From Siculibacillus sp. (lineage in GTDB: Bacteria > Pseudomonadota > Alphaproteobacteria > Rhizobiales > Ancalomicrobiaceae), in NCBI GenBank assembly GCA_040275425.1, contig JBEOKB010000041.1:1-59062 (forward strand): a stretch of 59,062 bases of DNA, read 5' to 3'. The notes under the pieces were generated by a model. It did not search any database. It was not told where the DNA came from and saw nothing but the letters and a program-made list of their open reading frames with translations. Position numbers and translations under genes: made by a program. The first letter of the stretch is position 1. Every line of letters begins with the position of its first letter. Of the stretch, positions 10,601 to 19,126 are shown in pieces.

Positions 10601-11171
10601 CCTGCTGGTGCTCGGTCGCGTCGATGTGGCGGGTGCCGAACAGACAGGCGAACGCCGCCATCGACAGCGCCACCGTCAGCGGCACGTCCGGGCGGAACGG
10701 CGCCGGCATCAGCCCGAAGTCGAGATGGTCGACCAGCGTCGTCACCGACGCGCTCACCGCCTTCAGCTGCAGCGCGATGTAGGGGACGATGCCGATGAGG
10801 GCGATGATCGTCACGACCGCCGCCAGCCGCTGGCTCTTGCCGTAGCGCGCGGCGATGAAGTCGGCGATCGAGGTGATGCGCTCGGCCTTCGACAGCCGGA
10901 TCATCCGCTCGAGAATGCGCCGGCCGAACAGGTAGAGCAGGATCGGCCCGATGTAGATGGTGAGAAAGTCGAGGCCCTTGTTGGCCGCTTGACCGACCGA
11001 GCCGAAGAACGTCCACGACGTGCAGTAGACGCCGAGAGACAACGCATAGATGGTGGGCCGTCCGGCGCCCGACGAAAACCGTCCCGTCCGCCGGTCGCCG
11101 TAGTAGGCGATGCCGAACAGGAGGCCGATGTAGGCGATGGCGACTGCGAGGACGAGCCAACCCTGAAGCAT
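7647..11171 (-). CDS. CrbS/PrlS-type hybrid sensor kinase (SLC5 symporter-like domain, STAC, PAS, HisKA, HATPase, REC)
   Basis: N-terminal multi-TM SSS domain (YALSLGVYCTSWTFFGSVG), LASAIGAASSRLVL STAC segment, H-box AAGHDILQPL, G-boxes, C-terminal receiver DYHLDDG. ATG 11171. Confidence 0.9.
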   Translation of the reverse strand: MLQGWLVLAVAIAYIGLLFGIAYYGDRRTGRFSSGAGRPTIYALSLGVYCTSWTFFGSVGQAANKGLDFLTIYIGPILLYLFGRRILERMIRLSKAERITSIADFIAARYGKSQRLAAVVTIIALIGIVPYIALQLKAVSASVTTLVDHLDFGLMPAPFRPDVPLTVALSMAAFACLFGTRHIDATEHQQGLMLAVATESVVKLVALTAVGVYVMFVLFDGPRDLASAITTNPISSNALTRGLSGGNWIVMSLLSFFAILLLPRMFHVSVVENHTPAELKRARWLFPLYLVAINLFVVPIALGGLVRYGTAIDADTFVLRLPLDAGAPTVTMIAFVGGLSAATAMVIMASVALAVMVCNELVAPILVRRAGRDGGDEPDMVRTLLLVRRIAIFAILMLAYVYHRAVADASALSEIGLLAFSAIAQFAPAFVGALFWRRGTARGAIAGILVGIAMWFYTLAMPTFIEAGYGSSSLLYGGPFGMWLLRPQALFSLSFDPLSHGVFWSLIFNTVAFISVSMMRPPEPIERLQANVFVPSEFTPTPSLRRWRTAVTVDDLVSTVARYLGEERTNRAFTEFGRSQTPALNGDRPADLHLLRFAEQLLASAIGAASSRLVLSLLVKRRDPSTKAAMKLLDDASAAIQYNRDLLQIALDQVGQGISVFDRELGLICWNRQFRQILDLAPELAQVGVSLQAIVRDRAERGEFGPGNPERIIKDRMDRLVRRMETYHERLASTDAVIEVRTSPMPDGGIVTTWTDITERVSSAEALARANETLERRVRERTEELMRLNAELSRAKAEADEANIGKTRFLAAAGHDILQPLNAARLYATSLVEKTENGPLATHAVNIDQSLDAVEEILGALLDISRLDTGALKPEFTVFRIDEILKQLRLEFEPVAKDRGLDFEVLSSTLWVRSDRRLLRRLVQNLVSNAIKYTPQGRVLVGVRRRRGRLTVEVLDTGLGIRDNQQKLIFQEFQRLDQGAKIARGLGLGLSIVERIGRVLTHPIGLVSVPGKGSRFFVDVPTAAAMPNVAANDGAPQKATTRFDGMITLCLDNEETILDGMEALLVGWGVEVVKARDQKDASEQLAQLVKEKGRGPDMMLVDYHLDDGNGIDAVVQLRWRFGSDIPAALITADRSPEMREDAAEKSIAVLNKPLKPAALRAVLAQWRTLKSAAE

Positions 11172-11440
11172 GGTTCGGCGGCCTTCTCTGATACGAAAAA
11201 CGCGTGCCGACGCGAACGAACCTCCGACATTGACCACGACTGCGCCCCCCTTGTCCATCGCGGCGCGGCATTCGAGACGAATTTGCCTCGACTTTCGTCG
11301 CAATGGTTGATCGCGGGGCGCGGCGCGTGAGACAAACGGCGCACCGCACGGGTGGCGGTGCGATCGGGGCGTCCCAGCGGCGCCGGACGGGGGAGGCGAC
11401 GGTGCGGGACCGCGCGCCTCGAGGACGAAAGGACTTCGCC

Positions 11441-11866
11441 ATGTTGAAGGAATTCAAGGAATTCGCCCTCAAGGGCAACGTCGTCGATCTGGCGATCGGC
11501 GTGATCATCGGCGGCGCCTTCGGCAAGATCGTCGACAGCATGGTCGCCGACGTCATCATGCCGGTGATCGGCGCCATCACCGGTGGTCTCGACTTCTCCA
11601 ACAAGTTCGTGCTGCTCAAGTCGCTGCTGACCGGCACCGACGCGCCCGCCACCTACGCCAAGGCCAAGGAGGTCGGCGCCACCCTCGGCTACGGCCAGTT
11701 CCTGACCGTGACGCTGAACTTCCTGATCATCGCCTTCGTGCTGTTCCTGGTGGTCAAGGGCATGAATCGGCTGAAGAAGCAGGAGGCCGCCGCCCCCGCC
11801 GCTCCGCCCGAGCCCAACAAGACCGAAGTGTTGCTCGAGGAGATCCGCGACCTCCTCAAGAAGTGA
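11441..11866 (+). CDS. mscL: Large-conductance mechanosensitive channel
   Basis: [31 protein letters not shown]...[19 protein letters not shown]. Confidence 0.97.
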   Translation: MLKEFKEFALKGNVVDLAIGVIIGGAFGKIVDSMVADVIMPVIGAITGGLDFSNKFVLLKSLLTGTDAPATYAKAKEVGATLGYGQFLTVTLNFLIIAFVLFLVVKGMNRLKKQEAAAPAAPPEPNKTEVLLEEIRDLLKK

Positions 11867-11998
11867 GGCCGCGCTCCCTCCGTGTCACGGCCCTCGGACC
11901 CATCGACGTCGTCGATGGGTCTGATCGCCACATTTCATGTCGAACGATCGCTCGAGGACGCTAGACTGGCGCCTCCCGCGTTCGAACCGGACCCCGTC

Positions 11999-13183
11999 AT
12001 GACCGATCTCCTCGACCGTCTCCGCCCCGAAGCCCTCGGCGCGCCGCCCTCCGGCATCGTCGAGGTGATGAACTACGGCCGCGGTCGTCAGGGCATGATC
12101 CCGCTGTGGGCCGGGGAGGGCGACCTGCCGACGCCGGCGGTGATCTGCGACGCCGCCGCCCGCTCCCTCGCCGCCGGCGAGACCTTCTATACGTGGCAGC
12201 GCGGCATCCCCGAACTGCGCGCCGCCCTCGCCCGCGACCGCGAGCGCCTCTACGGCCGCCCCTTCGAGGCCGACCGCTTCTTCGTCACCGCCTCCGGCAT
12301 GCAGGCGATCCAGATCGCCCTGACCGCGCTGGCCGGACCCGGCGACGAGGTGATCGTGCCGACCCCGTCCTGGCCCAACTTCGCCGCCGCCGTCGGCGTG
12401 CGCGGCGCCCGCGCGGTCGAGGTGGCGATGGAGTTCGCCGCCGACGGCTGGCGCCTCGATCTCGATCGTCTCGCCGCCGCGATCACGCCCGCCACCCGCG
12501 CGATCTTCGTCAACAGCCCGTCCAATCCGACCGGCTGGACGGCGACCCGCGACGAACTCGCCGACCTCCTCGCCCTCGCCCGCGCCCACGATCTGTGGAT
12601 CGTCGCCGACGAGGTCTACACCCGCTTCGTCTGGGACGGCTCGAAGCGCGCGCCCTCGTTCCACGACGTCGCCGCGCCCGACGACCGCGTGATCTTCGTC
12701 GACACCTTCTCCAAGAACTGGGCCATGACCGGCTGGCGCATCGGCTGGATCGAGGCCCCGCCGGCGCTCGGCGCCCTGATCGAGAACCTGATCCAGTACT
12801 CGACCTCCGGCGTCGCCGTCTTCGTCCAGCGCGCCGCGATCGCCGCCCTCGAGGAAGGCGACGCGTTTCTCGCCCTCCAGATCGCCCGCATCGCCGAGAG
12901 CCGCGCTCTCCTGTGCGAGGCGCTCGGGCGTCGCCCCGACGTCCGCTTCGCGCCCCCGCCCGGCGCCTTCTACGCCTTCTTCGGCATCGAGGGCGAAGTC
13001 GACACCTCGCGCCTCGGCCTGCGCCTCGTCGACGAGGCGCTGATCGGCCTCGCGCCGGGCACCGCCTTCGGCGCGGCGGGCGCCGGATTCCTGCGCCTGT
13101 GCTTCGCGCGCGGTCCCGACGACGTCCGCGAGGCGGTCCGCCGTCTGGTCGACTGGCTCGGGAATCGTCGCGGACGGGGTTGA
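11999..13183 (+). CDS. PLP-dependent aminotransferase, class I/II
   Basis: NSPSNPTG, DEVY, SKNWAMTGWRIGW (PLP lysine). ATG 11999 chosen. Confidence 0.92.
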   Translation: MTDLLDRLRPEALGAPPSGIVEVMNYGRGRQGMIPLWAGEGDLPTPAVICDAAARSLAAGETFYTWQRGIPELRAALARDRERLYGRPFEADRFFVTASGMQAIQIALTALAGPGDEVIVPTPSWPNFAAAVGVRGARAVEVAMEFAADGWRLDLDRLAAAITPATRAIFVNSPSNPTGWTATRDELADLLALARAHDLWIVADEVYTRFVWDGSKRAPSFHDVAAPDDRVIFVDTFSKNWAMTGWRIGWIEAPPALGALIENLIQYSTSGVAVFVQRAAIAALEEGDAFLALQIARIAESRALLCEALGRRPDVRFAPPPGAFYAFFGIEGEVDTSRLGLRLVDEALIGLAPGTAFGAAGAGFLRLCFARGPDDVREAVRRLVDWLGNRRGRG

Positions 13184-13281
13184 GAATCGAACCGGACTCG
13201 TCTGATATTGCAAGCTCTCCGGAGATTTCGGAGACGGAGACGGATCGGGCCGCCTCCGGTGCGAGCGTGGGGGAAAGCCGT

Positions 13282-14424
13282 TTGTCCGCAGAGTCGCCGA
13301 CCGTATCGGAGGCGCGTCTCCTCTCCGTTCTCGATACCGCGGTCGACGGCATCGTCGTCATCGACGATCGCGCGCGCATCCTCGTCTTCAACAAGGCGTG
13401 CGAGCAGCTGTTCGGCTTCGCCTCGAGCGAGGTGATCGGCCGCAACATCGCCATGCTGATGCCGCCCGAGTTCGCCGCCGAGCACGACGCCCAGGTGTCG
13501 AGCTACGTCCGCACCGGCGTCAAGCGCATCATCGGCATCGGCCGCGAGGTGCGCGGCCGCCACGTCGACGGCACCGTCTTTCCGATCGAACTCTCGGTCG
13601 GCGAGGCCCACACCCCCGACGGCCCCCAGTTCATCGGCATCATCCGCGATCTGCGCCCGCGCAAGGCGGTCGAGCAGCGCCTCAATCAGCTTCAGGCGCA
13701 GCTGGTGCAGATGGCCCGCGTCAACGCCATGGACGAGATGGGCGCGGCCATCGCCCACGAGCTCAATCAGCCGCTGACGGCGGTGATGCTCTATCTCCAG
13801 GCCCTCTCTCGCAAGCTGCGCACCGGCGACGGCGAGGGCGCCGCCGACGCCGCCCTGCTCGAGATCGTCTCCAAGACCCAGCGCGAGGCCGAGCGCGCCG
13901 GCTCGATCATCCAGAAGATGCGCCATTTCGTCGAGAAGCGCGAACCCGACCGCCAGGCCGTCGACGTGGTCAAGCTGATCGACGAGGCGCTGGAACTGAC
14001 CCTGCTCGGCCACGACGGCGCCGGCATCGAGGTGGTGCGCGACGAGGCCCCCGGCCTGCCGCCGATGGACGTCGATCCGGTCCAGATCCAGCAGATCCTC
14101 ATCAACCTGATCCGCAACGGCATCGAGGCGGTGCGCGAGCGCGACGAGCGTTGGATCCGCATCGCCGTGCGCACCGACGAGCACGATCTTCTGATCGAGG
14201 TCGAGGACAGCGGCCCCGGCATCCCGCGCGACCGCCTGCGCGATCTCTTCAAGGCGTTTTCGACCTCGAAGAAGACCGGGCTGGGTCTCGGACTTGCGAT
14301 TTCCCGCTCGATCGCTCAGAACCACGGAGGCGATCTGCTCGTCGAGCCCGGCGGTGCCGGTCGAGGAGCGACCTTCGTGGTGTCGCTTCCCCTCGAGGTG
14401 TCCCACACGACGCGGACGCCGTGA
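13282..14424 (+). CDS. fixL: FixL-type heme-PAS O2-sensor histidine kinase (soluble, single PAS)
   Basis: PAS with EHD (proximal His) and RIIGIGREV..DGTVFPIELSVGE, H-box AHELNQPL, GLGLGL. Real gene is the 3' part of ORF 12106..14424. Start TTG 13282 (or GTG 13267). Confidence 0.85.
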   Translation: MSAESPTVSEARLLSVLDTAVDGIVVIDDRARILVFNKACEQLFGFASSEVIGRNIAMLMPPEFAAEHDAQVSSYVRTGVKRIIGIGREVRGRHVDGTVFPIELSVGEAHTPDGPQFIGIIRDLRPRKAVEQRLNQLQAQLVQMARVNAMDEMGAAIAHELNQPLTAVMLYLQALSRKLRTGDGEGAADAALLEIVSKTQREAERAGSIIQKMRHFVEKREPDRQAVDVVKLIDEALELTLLGHDGAGIEVVRDEAPGLPPMDVDPVQIQQILINLIRNGIEAVRERDERWIRIAVRTDEHDLLIEVEDSGPGIPRDRLRDLFKAFSTSKKTGLGLGLAISRSIAQNHGGDLLVEPGGAGRGATFVVSLPLEVSHTTRTP

Positions 14425-14510
14425 GCGGGTACGCAACGTCAGACGGAAGAGCGCGGGGGCGCGGCGCCCTCCGAAACGATCCCCGCGCGATCGATGGACC
14501 GAGGTGAGAC

Positions 14511-15146
14511 ATGGTTGGCCGCATGCAGAAGACCGAGCAGACGATCTACGTGGTCGACGACGAACCGGCCGTGCGCGACGCCCTCGCGGTTCTGTTCGAG
14601 ATGGAGGGCTACGCCGTCACCGGATACGAGTCCGGCGACGCCTTCCTCGAGGCCGCCAAGAACCATCCGCCGGCCTGTGTCTTCCTCGACGTCCACATGC
14701 CCGGTCGCTCCGGCCTCGACATCCTCAAGGCCCTCAACGCCGATCACTATCCCGCCCCGATCTTCATCATCTCCGGCCAGGGCGACATCCCCATGGCCGT
14801 GACGGCGATCAAGTACGGCGCCTTCGACTTCATCGAGAAGCCCTTCGACGCCGACGTCATTGTCGGTCGCGTCCGCGAGGCGCTCGACGCCCAGGCCCGA
14901 CGCGGCACCGACGAGCACAGGGCCAACTCGGTCTCCCACGACTTCCCCGGCCGCGAGATGCTCACCCCGCGCGAGATCGAAGTGCTCGGCCAGATCACCG
15001 CCGGCGCCTCGAACAAGGAGGCGGGCCGCCATCTCGGCATCTCCCCGCGCACCATCGAGGTGCATCGCGCCCGCATCATGGAGAAGCTCGGCGCCCGCAA
15101 CGCCGCCGATCTGGTGCGCATCGTGCTCACCGGCGAGCACGGCTGA
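14511..15146 (+). CDS. fixJ: FixJ-family response regulator
   Basis: VVDDE, DVHMPG, GQGDIPMAV, FIEKPF, LTPRE..SNKE..ISPRTIEVHRARIMEKL. Directly after fixL, GAGGTG RBS. Confidence 0.8.
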   Translation: MVGRMQKTEQTIYVVDDEPAVRDALAVLFEMEGYAVTGYESGDAFLEAAKNHPPACVFLDVHMPGRSGLDILKALNADHYPAPIFIISGQGDIPMAVTAIKYGAFDFIEKPFDADVIVGRVREALDAQARRGTDEHRANSVSHDFPGREMLTPREIEVLGQITAGASNKEAGRHLGISPRTIEVHRARIMEKLGARNAADLVRIVLTGEHG

Positions 15147-15264
15147 GCGCGCGCCGGCATCCGGGAAATGACGCGCAGTTGATCATCTCTGCGCAGGAAT
15201 ACGGATGCCCCCGGGGCGAGATTCGGACCACAGTGTGAACCGCGCACACGGCCGAGTGACCCCG

Positions 15265-15642
15265 ATGAACGTTTCTCCGCCCGATACGCCCAAGGCGTAT
15301 TACGGGACCATTCACATCGTCGAAGACGATCCCGGTGTCTCCGACAGCCTGCGGTTTCTGCTGCAGGCGCTCGGTCACGACGTCGTGTCGCATCCCGATG
15401 CCGAGAGCTTCTTCGAGAGCGCCCCTCCGGGCGGGGAGGACGTCGTCATCGTCGATCTCGGCCTGCCCGGCATCGGCGGCGCCCACGTCATCCGCTGGCT
15501 CCAGCAGATGAACCCGCGCCCGCGCATCATCGCCATCACCGGCCAGCCGCAGAAGGTGATCGAGGACGAGCTGCGCGGCCTTCCCGTCGTCAGCGTCCTG
15601 CGCAAGCCGCTCTCCGGCGACGTCCTGGTTTCGCTGCTGTGA
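15265..15642 (+). CDS. Single-domain response regulator (FixT-like by position)
   Basis: IVEDD, DLGLPG, RKP receiver motifs, no output domain, between fixJ and fixK. Confidence 0.75.
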   Translation: MNVSPPDTPKAYYGTIHIVEDDPGVSDSLRFLLQALGHDVVSHPDAESFFESAPPGGEDVVIVDLGLPGIGGAHVIRWLQQMNPRPRIIAITGQPQKVIEDELRGLPVVSVLRKPLSGDVLVSLL

Positions 15643-15682
15643 ACGCCCTCGCGAGGCGTTTTCGCCCCGTTTCGTCGGTTCG

Positions 15683-15704
15683 TTAGGTACTTCGGCGTAA
15701 GTAG
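15683..15704 (+). promoter_or_regulatory. Candidate FixJ-binding region upstream of fixK
   Basis: TTAGGTACTTCGGCGTAAGTAG contains a TACTT-N6-AAGTA inverted repeat and a TAAGTAG element like described rhizobial fixK-promoter FixJ sites. Confidence 0.4.
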
Positions 15705-15936
15705 GCCAACGAAATTGTGAAGGTGCCGCCTTGTTTCTAGCCTTCCGCTCATCGAAGGAGCATCATCCTCGCCTCTGCGCGACGTCCGGAAGACGGGCCG
15801 ACGTCGCCGCGTGAGAGACGAGGACGAGAGCTGTTCGGACACGGTCGCGCCGGGCGCGATCGACCGTCGCGCAACCGAGGACGACCGCCGTGGCCGACAC
15901 GACGGACGGGGGTGCGACAGGCGAGGAGGAAATCCA

Positions 15937-16656
15937 ATGGCCTACACCGATCGAGCCTTCGGCAATGCCGGCGCTCCACCCCGAACCGACCGGGACGATC
16001 CCGACGGCGGCTGGCTGGAATTCGCCCGCTCCCAGCGCGTCAAGACTCAGCGTCTCGCCGAGCACGACGCCGTCTTCTACGAGGGCGATCCCGCCGATCG
16101 CGTCTACGAGCTGATCGAAGGCGCGGTGATGCTGTTCAAGCTCCTGCCCGACGGCCGCCGCCAGGTGGTCGAGGTGGTCGCCCCCACCGCGCTGTTCGGC
16201 GTGGTCGGCGGCGCGATCTACGACTGCAACGCCGAGACGCTGACGCCCTGCGTCGTGCGCATCCTCGATCGGCGCGATCTCGAATCGTCGAGCCGCTTTC
16301 AGGGCCACGTCGCCGCCTGCCTGCGCCAGCAGATCGAGCGGCTTCACGATCACGCCGTGCTTCTCGGCCGCAAGTCGGCCTTCGAGCGCGTCGCCACCTT
16401 CCTGATGCGCTTCGTCCCCGATCGCGGCCAGCCCGGCTGCGTCGGCCCCAAGGGCGAGAAGGGCGAGAAGGACGAGCGCACGATCGAGCTGACCATGACG
16501 CGTCAGGAGATCGCCGACTATCTCGGTCTGACCATCGAGACGGTCTCCCGCGTGATCTCCGACCTGAAGCGCCGCGGCCTGATCGCCATCGAGAAGCAGG
16601 ACCGCATCCGCATCACCGACGTCTGCGGCATCTGTCACCTGACCGGCGCCCACTGA
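15937..16656 (+). CDS. fixK: CRP/FNR-family regulator, FixK type
   Basis: LPDGRRQV, LLGRKSAFERVATFL, MTRQEIADYLGLTIETVSR (FNR-box recognition helix). No N-terminal FNR Cys cluster. GAGGAGG RBS. Confidence 0.85.
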   Translation: MAYTDRAFGNAGAPPRTDRDDPDGGWLEFARSQRVKTQRLAEHDAVFYEGDPADRVYELIEGAVMLFKLLPDGRRQVVEVVAPTALFGVVGGAIYDCNAETLTPCVVRILDRRDLESSSRFQGHVAACLRQQIERLHDHAVLLGRKSAFERVATFLMRFVPDRGQPGCVGPKGEKGEKDERTIELTMTRQEIADYLGLTIETVSRVISDLKRRGLIAIEKQDRIRITDVCGICHLTGAH

Positions 16657-16784
16657 GCTCACCGGCCGCACCGCACCGCGACCGACGCCCCCGAGGCGCC
16701 GATCGCGGTCGCATCCGCGCGTCGGTTTCGTCATGCCCGCGTCTGCGCTAGGTTCCGCCGGTTCGACACGACCGGGAGCCGTCC

Positions 16785-17261
16785 GTGGCCGCCACCCCCG
16801 CCACCACCTTTCTGAAGGCGAAGGCGATCGCCTTCGATCTCCTCGAATACGCCCACGATCCCCGCGCGGAAGGCTACGGCCTCGAGGCGGCGGAGAAGCT
16901 CGGCCTCGATCCGGCGAGCGTGTTCAAGACTCTGGTGATCACCGACGGCGCCAAGGCCCACGCCCTCGCGCTGGTGCCGGTCGCTCGCAAACTGGGCCTG
17001 CCCGCCGCCGCCCGCGCGCTCGGGTGGAAACGCGCCGACATGGCCGACAGGACCGACGCCCAGCGCCTCACCGGCTACGTCCTGGGCGGCATCTCGCCCT
17101 TCGGCACCAAGAAGACGCTTCCCGTGGTGGTCGACGAGGAGATCGAACTGCCCGATCTCGTTCACGTCTCCGGCGGTCGGCGCGGCCTGGAGATCCGCGT
17201 CCCCCCGGCCGACCTGATCGCCGCCCTCGACGCGGTGGTCGCGGCGATCGCCGTCGATTGA
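16785..17261 (+). CDS. ybaK: Cys-tRNA(Pro) deacylase YbaK/EbsC
   Basis: TPA, VFKTLV, TGYVLGGISPFG, VSGGRRGLEI. GTG start with GGGAG RBS. Confidence 0.92.
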   Translation: MAATPATTFLKAKAIAFDLLEYAHDPRAEGYGLEAAEKLGLDPASVFKTLVITDGAKAHALALVPVARKLGLPAAARALGWKRADMADRTDAQRLTGYVLGGISPFGTKKTLPVVVDEEIELPDLVHVSGGRRGLEIRVPPADLIAALDAVVAAIAVD

Positions 17262-17286
17262 GGACGGCGCGAGCCGGCGCCGCCGC

Positions 17287-17598
17287 TCACTCCCACCACG
17301 GCTTGCGGTGTCCGCCGCCCGCCGCGCCGAACGAACTCGGCCGCGCCGGCTTCTCGTCCTCGAACGCACGCGGCTCGCGTCCGCCCGTCCCGGGACGGAC
17401 CACCGCGGCGCTCTCGTCGCGCATCGTCGCGACCGGTGTGCCGCCGTCGCGGCGGCAGTCCAACGTGGTGCAGGCGGGCAACGCGGGCGCCTCTCGCGTC
17501 ACGGCCTCGCGGAACGCCCGCGCCCCGTCGGCCCGCGCCGAGTGCGCGGCGAGCGGAAGAGAAAGAAAGAGGACCGCGAGCGCGGTTCGACACATCAT
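17287..17598 (-). CDS. Small hypothetical exported protein
   Basis: Signal-peptide-like N-terminus (MMCRTALAVLFLSLPLAAHSARA), C-x4-C, ends KPWWE. Fills the gap between ybaK and hemN. Confidence 0.5.
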   Translation of the reverse strand: MMCRTALAVLFLSLPLAAHSARADGARAFREAVTREAPALPACTTLDCRRDGGTPVATMRDESAAVVRPGTGGREPRAFEDEKPARPSSFGAAGGGHRKPWWE

Positions 17599-17724
17599 GG
17601 CGTCACCATCGGTGAGAGGACGTCGGCCATCATCGCCCGTGATCGTGGAGACACGATGGCGAGGAGCCCGCGCGATGCACCGGCCTCTCCCCTTCGCGCC
17701 GTCCGCGTCGCGCGCTGTTTTCGA

Positions 17725-19077
17725 TCACACCGCGACCGAATGCCGGGCCGCCGCGCGCGCCAGATAGACGTCGAACGCCGCCGCGACGATGCGCACCAGC
17801 GGTCGCCCGGCCTCGGTGATCGTGAGCCGGTGCCCCTCGACCGTCACCAGCCCGTCCCGGGCCGGTTCGTCGAGCCGTTCGAACGCGTCCGCCACCGCCG
17901 CCGTCGTCACCCCGTGCGCGGCGCACACCGCGTCGAGATCGACCGCGTAGTCGCACATGATCCGCTCGATGATCGCCGCCCGGAGCCGGTCGTCGGCGTC
18001 GAGCGCCTTGCCCTTGGCGATCGGCAGCCGCCCCGCCTCCACCGCCTTGCGCCAGCGGCCGATGTCGGGGTCGTTCTGGGCGAACCCGTGCTCGGTCTGG
18101 CCGATCGAGGAGGCGCCGAGGCCGATCAGCGTGTCGCAGCTGTCGGTGGTGTAGCCCTGGAAGTTGCGATGCAGATCGCCGCTCTTGGCCGCCACCGCCA
18201 TCTCGTCGGAGGGCAGGGCGAAGTGATCGAGCCCGATCGCCTCGTAGCCGAACTCCGCCAGCGCCGCGCGCGCCGTCCGCTCCAGCGCGAATCGCTCCGA
18301 GGCGCCCGGCAGCGCCGCCTCGTCGATCAGGCGCTGATGCTTCTTGAACCACGGCACGTGGGCATAGCCGAACAGCGCGATCCGGCTCGGCCCGAACCCG
18401 TGCGCCAGCTCGATGGTGTTGCGGATCGTCGCCGCGCTCTGGTGTGGCAGGCCGTACATCAGGTCGAAGTTGATCGCCGCGATTCCCGCGCCGCGCAGCG
18501 CCTCGACCGCCGCCGTCACCGTCTCGATCGGCTGAATGCGCCCGATCGCCTTCTGTACCGTCTCGTCGAAGTCCTGGACCCCGAGGCTGGCGCGGGTCAC
18601 TCCGGCGCGCGCCAGCGCCGCCGCCAGCTCCGGCGTCACCGTGCGCGGGTCGAGTTCCATCGCGTGCTCGGCGCTCGGCAGGATGTCGAACACCTCGCGC
18701 AGCTTCGCCACCACCGCCTCGAACGAGGGGATCGGCAACAGGCTCGGCGTGCCGCCGCCCCAGTGGATGTGCCCGACCGGCAGCCGCCTGCCCGCCGCCT
18801 TAGCCACCAGGGTGATCTCCTCGATCAGCCCGAGCGCGTAGTCGATCACCGGATCGTCCTTCAGCGCCGCCTTGGTGTGGCAGCCGCAGTAGTGACAGAT
18901 CGCCCGGCAATAGGGGACGTGGAGATAGACCGAGATCGGCCGATCGGCCGAAAGGCCCGCGAGCCAGCCGCCGTAGCGGGCGCCGTCGACGCCGTCGTCG
19001 AAGTGCGGCGCGGTCGGGTAGCTGGTGTAGCGCGGCACGCTGCGCGTGGCGTACTTGAGATCGATGGCGTTGGACAT
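17725..19077 (-). CDS. hemN: Oxygen-independent coproporphyrinogen III oxidase
   Basis: VPRYTSYPTAPHF, radical-SAM CRAICHYC, GGGTPS, LHRNFQGY. Start ATG 19077 (alternative 19089). Confidence 0.96.
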   Translation of the reverse strand: MSNAIDLKYATRSVPRYTSYPTAPHFDDGVDGARYGGWLAGLSADRPISVYLHVPYCRAICHYCGCHTKAALKDDPVIDYALGLIEEITLVAKAAGRRLPVGHIHWGGGTPSLLPIPSFEAVVAKLREVFDILPSAEHAMELDPRTVTPELAAALARAGVTRASLGVQDFDETVQKAIGRIQPIETVTAAVEALRGAGIAAINFDLMYGLPHQSAATIRNTIELAHGFGPSRIALFGYAHVPWFKKHQRLIDEAALPGASERFALERTARAALAEFGYEAIGLDHFALPSDEMAVAAKSGDLHRNFQGYTTDSCDTLIGLGASSIGQTEHGFAQNDPDIGRWRKAVEAGRLPIAKGKALDADDRLRAAIIERIMCDYAVDLDAVCAAHGVTTAAVADAFERLDEPARDGLVTVEGHRLTITEAGRPLVRIVAAAFDVYLARAAARHSVAV

Positions 19078-19112
19078 GGGCGTCACCATGGGGATTGCGT
19101 CCTCGTTCGGCC

Positions 19113-19126
19113 TTGACCCCGATCAA
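19113..19126 (-). promoter_or_regulatory. FNR/FixK box for hemN
   Basis: TTGAC-CCCG-ATCAA. Confidence 0.88.

Noticed and set aside
7513-11652. 1379-aa and 1217-aa ORFs overlapping the sensor kinase
   Set aside because: Off-frame and antisense shadows; stop codons are rare at this GC content and no motifs are present.
12106-14424. Apparent 772-aa FixL fusion
   Set aside because: The N-terminal half is an Arg/Pro-rich off-frame reading of the aminotransferase; FixL begins near 13282.
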